This document shows positions 60,201 through 64,000 of a DNA stretch of 64,000 nt, one piece after another. This stretch comes from an uncultured bacterium (lineage in GTDB: Bacteria > Oederibacteriota > Oederibacteriia > Oederibacteriales > Oederibacteriaceae): positions 1,792,001-1,856,000 of the forward strand of contig OZ218778.1 of assembly GCA_965112635.1 (NCBI GenBank), in the 5' to 3' direction. The translations under genes and the position numbers were made by a program. The notes beneath the pieces were generated by a model. It made no database searches. It had not been told where the DNA came from and worked only from the letters and a program-made list of their open reading frames with translations. Position 1 is the stretch's first letter. Each line of letters starts with the position of its first letter.

Positions 60201-61780
60201 CAATAACGAGCACGGGAACAATGACTATGACAGCGACTAATACAGGTACAGTGACGTTGAGTTCTACCTCAACCAATACCCCCACTCCAACTCCAACAAG
60301 TAGTGCCACCAATACGATTACGCTGACTTATACTCAAACTAAGACTGGCACCGTCACCACTACAGCAACACAAACAGCAACGGTGACCACGACAGGCACC
60401 ATCACCCTTACCTTTACACAAACGGCTACATCTACGATGACCGCCACGACGACCATGACAGCAACGATCACCCTGACCAGTACTATTACTTTGACTTTTA
60501 CGCAGACGGCAACAGCTACTAACACGGCAACGATCACTCTGACTTTCACGAGCACCAATTCTGCTACAAACACTGATACAGCATCTAGGACGAGCACCGC
60601 CACCATGACAGCGACTATTACTCTGACCCCAACTATCACCCAGACACCTACAACAACTACTACATATTCTTTGACCCTAACTCCGAGTTTAACCTTTACT
60701 TATTTGCCTTCTTCTACCCAAACCATGACAAGCACCATTAGCCCAACTTCATCCAAAACACCAACAATCACTTTGACATTTACCCAATCCTTAACAACGA
60801 CTAATACCGGTACCGTGACGGTTACCATGACCATCACTACTACCGGGACCATAACGGCTACCTCCACTTCAACACAAACTTATTCGAGGACGGCGACTAT
60901 CACCCTCACTGCCACAATTTCCAATACGCCCTCTCAAACCCTAACGCTTACAATTACAACCACCTCGTCCCTCACGCCTACTTCGACTAACACCAGTACA
61001 GCAACAAGGACTGCGACAGTTACCGCGACGAGCATTGGAACCTCTACCCAAACATGGACCTTAACCACCACTCTGACCCTAACCTATACTCCCACTACCA
61101 CTATGACCATTACGCTCACCACGACCCCTACGACGACTCCAACGCCCTCACTTACCCTAACCAGCACCTATTCAGTCACGTCTTCCCAAACCTTCACTGC
61201 TAGCACGACCTTCACGATCACTCCCACCCCTGGACCTTCTACTCTAACGGTCCAGGTTTTGGATGCGTTTGATGAACTGAGGTTGTCTGGGGCCACGGTT
61301 TCTATCACAGGGCCTTCAGGAACGCTAACTGGCAGTACGGATGGACGGGGGAATGTTACCTTTAACGGACTAGTCTTTGGGTCATATACCGTAAGTGCTT
61401 CAATGACCGGCTATAATGGATCTTCAGGGAATGCTGTGCTAGCTCAACTAAATAATAGTTTGTTGATACGGCTCTACACGCAGTACAAGTCCAGTGTCCC
61501 TTATCTGACCAAGAACATAATCAACCCACTGAAAAATGAGAGCCTTGAGATCGGATGTCTGCTTACTCAGAAAGAGCACGTTTTGATCAAGATATTTACC
61601 CTTTCTGGCGGGGCAGAGATCATCACTCTTGTTGATCAGGACATTAGTCAGGGTCGCTATGCTGTAGAATGGTTCGGCAAAACCATTAATGGTGACACTG
61701 TGGGCAATGGGATTTATATAGTCTTTATTCAACTCGGGACTGACAGGTTCATCAAGAAAGTCGCTGTAGTTAAGCAATAA
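48236..61780 (+). CDS. 4514-aa (Thr-X)n giant surface protein with carboxypeptidase-regulatory-like and FlgD-Ig/T9SS-like C-terminal domains
   Basis: Uninterrupted ORF, GGAG RBS, hydrophobic N-terminus ending VYA-AG, about 4280 aa of Thr-X, then GATVSI..TDGRG..F.GL..GSYTVSAS..GY and the CTD NIINP...IKIFTLSG...W.GK...GD.VGNGIY...KKVAVVK. Confidence 0.88.
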   Translation: MSLWGRRFDKEDKIIFWITFSILFCLFFFWLVFFMPGPEHEIPQYVYAAGTNTATATATRTATKTATQTATSTITKTATSTATNTVTNTATSSATRTSTQTATATATQTYSQTATVTRTATNTATNTATNTATQTSTQTATATATQTYSQTATVTRTATNTATNTATNTATQTSTQTATPTATQTYSQTATITRTATNTSTNTATNTATNTATNTSTSSATRTSTQTATSTATNTMTGTGSATNTATNTATNTATNTATRTSTQTATATATQTYSQTATITRTATNTSTNTATNTATNTATNTSTSSATRTSTQTATSTATNTVTGTGSATNTSTSTATNTATSTTTNTVTNTATNTTTNTTTQTATQTATNTVTNSATNTATQTATNTASQTATQTATNTETQTATQTATQTATATATVTGSVTNTSTQTTTNTATNTATNTETQTLTSTITATVTSTVTATNTASQTATNTSTNTMTNTETQTITSTITATATSTLTATNTATQTTTNTATNTASNTATNTVTNTTTNTATSTATYTATSTITLTITATATSTATATNTPTNTATNTATRTATSTITRTATSTATATSTSTRTATNTATNTATNTATSTATRTITLTATATATNTATRTATSTATATSTSTRTATQTATNTVTNTATNTATRTATSTATATSTSTRTATQTATNTATQTATNTATQTATQTATATATQTYSQTATVTRTASNTATNTATNTATQTATQTATATATQTYSQTATVTRTATNTATNTATNTATNTASNTTTLTATSTATTTATTTVTATNTASNTATNTATNTATNTATNTATNTATQTATATATQTYSQTATVTRTATNTATNTATNTVTQTATITATQTATQTATATATQTYSQTATVTRTATNTATNTATNTATRTATSTATVTATSTVTATNTATNTATATATQTYTLTNTATATSTNTNTQTATSTATYTLTSTATATATQTYTLTNTATVTSTNTNTQTATSTQTYTLTNTATATATNTNTRTATSTATYTLTSTATASATQTYTLSNTATATATNTNTRTATSTATCTLTSTATATATQTYTLTNTATATATNTNTRTTTSTGTYTLTFTATATATQTYSLTNTATATATNTNTQTATSTATYTLTSTATATQTYSLTNTATATATNTNTRTATSTATYTLTSTATATATQTYTLTNTATATATQTYSLTNTATATATNTNTRTATSTATYTLTSTATASATQTYTLSNTATATATNTNTRTATSTATCTLTSTATATATQTYTLTNTATATATQTYSLTNTATATFTNTNTQTATSTATYTLTSTATATATQTYTLTNTATATATNTNTQTATSTATYTLTSTATATATQTYTLTNTATATATQTYTLTNTATATATQTYTLTNTATATATQTYSLTNTATATFTNTNTQTATSTATYTLTSTATATATQTYSLTNTATVTNTNTRTATSTATYTLTSTATATATQTYTLTNTATATTTNTNTQTATSTATYTLTSTATTTATQTYSLSNTATATATNTNTRTATSTATCTLTSTATATATQTYTLTNTATATATQTYSLTNTATVTNTNTRTATSTATYTLTSTATATATQTYTLTNTATATTTNTNTQTATSTATYTLTSTATATQTYTLTSTVTATATNTNTQTATSTATYTLTSTATATITNTNTRTATSTATYTLTSTATATATQTYSLTNTATVTNTNTRTATSTATYTLTSTATATATQTYSLTNTATATFTNTNTQTATSTATYTLTSTATATATQTYTLTNTATATATNTNTQTATSTQTYTLTSTATATATQTYTLTNTATATSTNTNTQTATSTATYTLTSTATATATQTYTLTNTATVTSTNTNTQTATATATQTYSLTNTATATATNTNTRTATSTATYTLTSTATATATQTYTLTNTATATVTNTNTRTATSTATYTLTSTATATNTATNTATNTATSTATNTATQTATSTATATATSTVTATNTATSTTTSTATNTTTNTATNTATQTATATATRTYSLTNTATNTATPTLTSTTTATATSTVTATNTTTNTATNTATNTTTQTATSTTTATATSTITATSTATNTATNTATNTGTNTATNTVTQTMTATITVTATSTASATNSATNTATNTATNTATNTATNTATNTATQTATSTATATATSTVTATNTATSTTTSTATNTTTNTATNTATQTATATATQTYSLTNTATATSTNTNTQTATSTATYTLTSTATATATQTYTLTSTATATVTNTNTRTATSTATNTATSTATNTATNTATNTATPTLTSTTTATATSTVTATNTTTNTATNTATNTTTQTATSTTTATATSTITATSTATNTATNTATNTGTNTATNTVTQTMTATITVTATSTASATNSATNTATNTATNTATNTATNTATNTATQTATSTATATATSTVTATNTATSTTTSTATNTTTNTATNTATQTATATATQTYSLTNTATATVTNTNTRTATSTATNTATSTATNTATNTATNTATPTLTSTTTATATSTVTATNTSTNTATNTPTNTATWTATPTATATSTSTVTDTSTATYTGTNTATNTTTNTATNTATNTATNTATSTATSTSTTTNTVTNTVTNTATNTVTWTMTNTATNTATNTATQTATSTATATATSTVTATNTTTNTATNTATNTTTQTATSTTTATATSTITATSTATNTATKTATNTGTNTATNTVTQTMTATITVTATSTVTATNTATNTATNTASQTTTATTTTTATNTATNTSTNTATWTATLTATATLTSTVTATSTATYTGTNTATNTATNTATWTATNTATNTATNTNTQTATSTATATATSTNTVTNTTTNTATNTATNTSTITATQTATTTATATATSTVTATNTATDTTTNTATNTTTNTTTNTVTNTATNTATNTATSTATSTSTTTNTATNTATNTATNTGTNTATQTMTSTVTATATSTATTTNTATSTATNTATNTASQTATATPTATATASNTTTNTATNTVTTTTTNTATTTVTNTATNTTTDTATNTTTSTATNTATQTSTNTTTSTATNTVTNTATSTITNTASSTATNTTTNTITNTATNTATQTVTNTATITATSTTTNTATNTATSTATNTATNTATSTATSTSSATNTATNTATNTVTNTATNTATNTATNTTTITATQTATLTTTTTATSTVTATNTASNTTTNTATSTATNTATNTATNTATNTATQTASSTVTATATATLTATNTTTNTTSNTTTNSDTPTATNTATITVTSTATNTMTNTSTSTGTNTNTTTQTTTNTTTNTATWTATITPTNTTTNTATNTTTNTTTNTATNTATITSTTTTTNTATNTVTNTASNTATNTATITATQTATSTATATATSTVTATITTTNTTTNTATNTTTNTATNTATNTATNTATNTTTNTTTNTASNTATQTATNTATITSTNTTTNTATNTETNTVTITSTTTATNTATNTATSTATNTATNTTTGTVTNTATNTATQTATSTTTNTATNTATNTVTNTSTSTGTNTDTATQTTTNTTTNTATWTATNTPTNTITNTSTNTTTNTTTNTATNTVTNTNTITNTATQTITNTVTSTTTSTTTYTTTNTSTSTNTATQTATNTTTSTVTNTSTQTATNTTTQTATQTATQTETVTATDTATQTATQTITQTASSTETVTNTTTATSTTTTTNTTTATCSSTLTATPTVTSTLTTTFTGTSSATQTATATSTNTNTNTATGTTTNTETNTATQTASSTVTTTGTPTNTVTSTATISLTFTNTVTQTTTATATLTVTTTTTSTITNTATTTNTETSTSTSTTTGSETATSSATTTPTNTGTSTTTATETITATITCTFTETYTETSTSTNTATPTNTCTVTVTTTSTETMTSTCSYTATLTDTVTLTWTETATCTETATWTETSSPTATATITLTPTSTQTGTQTATQTDTQSATSTGTPTSTNTVSNTVTQTSTSTLTSTLSSTGTTTSTGTITSTGTMTMTATNTGTVTLSSTSTNTPTPTPTSSATNTITLTYTQTKTGTVTTTATQTATVTTTGTITLTFTQTATSTMTATTTMTATITLTSTITLTFTQTATATNTATITLTFTSTNSATNTDTASRTSTATMTATITLTPTITQTPTTTTTYSLTLTPSLTFTYLPSSTQTMTSTISPTSSKTPTITLTFTQSLTTTNTGTVTVTMTITTTGTITATSTSTQTYSRTATITLTATISNTPSQTLTLTITTTSSLTPTSTNTSTATRTATVTATSIGTSTQTWTLTTTLTLTYTPTTTMTITLTTTPTTTPTPSLTLTSTYSVTSSQTFTASTTFTITPTPGPSTLTVQVLDAFDELRLSGATVSITGPSGTLTGSTDGRGNVTFNGLVFGSYTVSASMTGYNGSSGNAVLAQLNNSLLIRLYTQYKSSVPYLTKNIINPLKNESLEIGCLLTQKEHVLIKIFTLSGGAEIITLVDQDISQGRYAVEWFGKTINGDTVGNGIYIVFIQLGTDRFIKKVAVVKQ
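48384..61230 (+). repeat. About 12.8 kb ACN-NNN coding repeat array with nested tandem and block duplications
   Basis: 114-bp units near 48530-48870; three 42-bp units at 52334-52459; a block of about 560 bp at 54332-54891 repeated at 55100-55659. Confidence 0.92.
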
Positions 61781-61836
61781 ATACACATGATTTTCGGTTG
61801 TTTTATCTGGGAGGAACAGTTGAAAGGCTGGCTTAA

Positions 61837-62232
61837 ATGAACTGGAAAAAGGTTGTTCTTTGTATTTTTATTACCCTTTTCTCCTTATGGGGCAATCTTG
61901 CATTCAGCCAAGGCATTCCATGGCTGGACCAAGATGGGTTGTTTCTGGGCCATAACAAGATCAATCCGCTGAATCATGAGTCTGTATCTGTTGTCTATCA
62001 TTTGGCGCAGGACACCCATGTGGTCATAAAAATTTATGATCTTTCCGGCCAGAAACTTATCAGGACATTAGTGGACGGGAATTTTGGAGGGAGTTGGTCA
62101 TACCAAGTTTTTTGGGATGGCACCAGTAGAAGTGGAGATGTTGTTGGAAATGGTATTTACGTCATTCAGTTAGTAACCAAAAGTGTAAATATACTCAAAT
62201 TCATTGCCGTGGTTAAAACCACAGGCAGTTAA
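61837..62232 (+). CDS. Small secreted stand-alone FlgD-Ig/T9SS-CTD-like protein
   Basis: Signal peptide (AFS-Q) followed only by NKINPL...IKIYDLSG..IRTLVDG...WDG....GDVVGNGIY...IAVVK. Confidence 0.78.
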   Translation: MNWKKVVLCIFITLFSLWGNLAFSQGIPWLDQDGLFLGHNKINPLNHESVSVVYHLAQDTHVVIKIYDLSGQKLIRTLVDGNFGGSWSYQVFWDGTSRSGDVVGNGIYVIQLVTKSVNILKFIAVVKTTGS

Positions 62233-62238
62233 AGGGGG

Positions 62239-63891
62239 GTGGGTAGGGTGCAAATCTTTATGGTTGGTTTGGTCATTCTGTTGATGTGGGCGCCCAATGT
62301 TTTTGGCACGGCTTTTGGAACCACGGGCCAAAATTTTCTAACCATTGGCGTTGGTGCAAGGCCGACGGCGATGGGAGGGGCTTTCGTCGGTCTAGCTGAC
62401 GACCCTGATGCGATCCACTGGAACCCAGCTGGTTTGATTAATCTTGAAGACTATGAAATTTCCCTGATGCATAGCGCTCTCATCGGAGACGTCAGCTATG
62501 ATACCGTTTCCTACGCCCAGCCCATAGCTGTTGATTATGGTTATATTGGAGCCGGCATTGCCTATTTAGGTGTCCCCCCGTTTGATAATACCGTTGGTCG
62601 CGAAAACTCGATCTCTGCCCATAATTTCCTGTTAGACATTGCCTATGCGAATCGATTGAGCGATATGTTTGATATAGGCAATCCAATCGGCCGGCGTTTA
62701 AGTTTGGGACTAGGTATAAAATGGATCAATTTTTCGATCGATAACTTGGTGAGTTATAATGACGTGGCCTTCGATGTTGGCACCTATTTCATCACTCCCT
62801 GGGAACCGTTAACTCTGGGCGCGAGTTTGCAAAATTTAGGTATTTCTCTGGACCCTGCCGCTGTTTCAGACCCACTGCCTTTGACCTTTAGATGCGGAGC
62901 GTGTGTCCACATTGCAGACCTATCTATGCAGCTTGACCTGATCCAGCAAGTGGATAATGACGCCGTGATAGGATGGGGAACAGAATATAATTTCCAGGAT
63001 TTATTGTTCCTAAGGGGTGGTTATGCGATTGGCGGGCCTTCTCTAAACGGGTTGTCCGGGATAACATGCGGTGCCGGATGGAGGATGAGGTCCTTTGAGT
63101 TTGATTATACCTTTGTACCTATGGGGGAGTTGGGCGCCACCCACCGTTTTTCTCTTAACGTTTCCTTTGAACAGGAGCTCAAAGAATTACGTAAGAATCT
63201 GGCCGTGGAATCCAAAGACAAGGTCCAAAAAGATGAAATCATTGCTTTATATAAGAAGGGCAATGAATTCTATTATCAGGGGAACTACACTCAAGCTTTG
63301 GATGCCTGGCAGCAGATCCTGATCGTGGACCCGAAAAATCAAAAAGCGCAGGAAAGAATCACTTTTACCACGAACCTTTTGAACAAGAAGTTCACGGAAA
63401 ACGAAGCAACGCAGTATTATGAACAGGGAATGAGTGATTATTCGGCTGGTGACTACGAAAAGGCTTTGGAACAATGGGCTAGTGTCCAAAAGATAGTTCC
63501 CGATTACTTGAATATAAAGGAGATGATAAGTAAGGCAGAGGCGAAGTTGGCTGAAAAGAGAGTCGACAGGGCTGGAGTGGGTCCTTTGCTTGAAGCTGCT
63601 CGTACTTCCTATAAACAAGGGCAACTGCTGGATGCCGTCAAAGATTGGAGAAAAGTTTTAGAAGCAAATCCTCAAAATCAGGAAGCCCTGAAGTCGTTAA
63701 AGGATGCTAATGCGGAGATTTTAAACTTGGCAAAGAAAACCTATGATAAGGGGTTAGAATTTTACACCAATGGGGATTACGATAATGCCATTGCCACCTG
63801 GAAAAATGTGGTAATACTTCAGCCTGATCACCCAACCGTATTGGGTGATATTGAGAGAGCCCAGAAAGAGGTAAATTCGTTGAAAAAATAA
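62239..63891 (+). CDS. PorV/PorQ-family barrel fused to C-terminal TPR repeats
   Basis: FLTIGVGARPTAMGGAFVGLADDPDAIHWNPAGL, DPLP, LRGGY, DYTFVPMGELGATHRFSL, then about four TPR-like units (Y.KG..FY..G.Y..A...W). Confidence 0.85.
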   Translation: MGRVQIFMVGLVILLMWAPNVFGTAFGTTGQNFLTIGVGARPTAMGGAFVGLADDPDAIHWNPAGLINLEDYEISLMHSALIGDVSYDTVSYAQPIAVDYGYIGAGIAYLGVPPFDNTVGRENSISAHNFLLDIAYANRLSDMFDIGNPIGRRLSLGLGIKWINFSIDNLVSYNDVAFDVGTYFITPWEPLTLGASLQNLGISLDPAAVSDPLPLTFRCGACVHIADLSMQLDLIQQVDNDAVIGWGTEYNFQDLLFLRGGYAIGGPSLNGLSGITCGAGWRMRSFEFDYTFVPMGELGATHRFSLNVSFEQELKELRKNLAVESKDKVQKDEIIALYKKGNEFYYQGNYTQALDAWQQILIVDPKNQKAQERITFTTNLLNKKFTENEATQYYEQGMSDYSAGDYEKALEQWASVQKIVPDYLNIKEMISKAEAKLAEKRVDRAGVGPLLEAARTSYKQGQLLDAVKDWRKVLEANPQNQEALKSLKDANAEILNLAKKTYDKGLEFYTNGDYDNAIATWKNVVILQPDHPTVLGDIERAQKEVNSLKK

Positions 63892-63940
63892 GAATCATTA
63901 ACTTATCTCAGAGCCAAAAACGGTAATAATATCTATATAT

Positions 63941-63969
63941 TTGACAATTAAAATTTGGATAGGTAGACT
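63941..63969 (+). promoter_or_regulatory. sigma70-type promoter for the next gene (ATG at 63998, runs out of the window)
   Basis: TTGACA-17 bp-TAGACT, then GAGG and ATG at 63998. Confidence 0.55.
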
Positions 63970-64000
63970 TTCAACCAAATGGTGAGGATAAGTAAATATG

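Noticed and set aside
48373-60639. Many minus-strand Val/Ala-rich ORFs (also at 27467-27652 and 33797-35599)
   Set aside because: They are antisense shadows of ACN-rich Thr-X codons, with no RBS and no independent domain content.
48384-61230. Possible CRISPR array or non-coding satellite
   Set aside because: The repeats are in-frame multiples of 3 inside one open ORF with variable third positions; there is no constant repeat with unique spacers and no cas genes.
48384-61230. InaZ-type ice nucleation protein
   Set aside because: It lacks the AGYGSTxTA 16-residue repeat and regular Gly turns; only the generic TxT similarity remains, which is kept as a hypothesis.

Overview
64 kb of a bacterial chromosome, apparently from a diderm, with every credible gene on the + strand. 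Positions 1-18.5 kb are housekeeping: ribD-ribE-(DUF327/YaaR)-ribBA-ribH-nusB, infC (ATT start)-rpmI-rplT, a TrmH methylase, YqzL-like, pheS-pheT, zapB-like-zapA-6S RNA-rarA-5-FTHF cyclo-ligase, HU, proB-proA-nadD-rsfS and a small beta-barrel. Positions 18.7-42 kb are a cell-envelope locus. It holds an orphan motor module (a FliF-C/FliG-MC fusion plus MotA and MotB, with no other flagellar gene in the window), a secreted Ig-repeat protein, a TPR protein, a PorV/PorQ-like barrel, a 3740-aa adhesin-like protein ending in a T9SS-type-A/FlgD-Ig-like C-terminal domain (CTD), two FecR-domain proteins and a frameshift-split outer-membrane barrel. Positions 42-48 kb carry a 2-oxoacid:ferredoxin oxidoreductase operon, thiS-thiG-thiE and a secreted pentein-fold (deiminase-like) enzyme. 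Positions 48-64 kb are a second export cassette: a 4514-aa protein that is about 4300 residues of strict (Thr-X)n followed by a CTD, a stand-alone CTD protein and a PorV-TPR fusion. The best candidate for a new system is a MotAB/FliFG-driven, non-flagellar rotary machine coupled to a T9SS-like PorV/CTD export route for giant Thr-rich surface proteins. All family calls come from motif recognition by eye; no searches were run.
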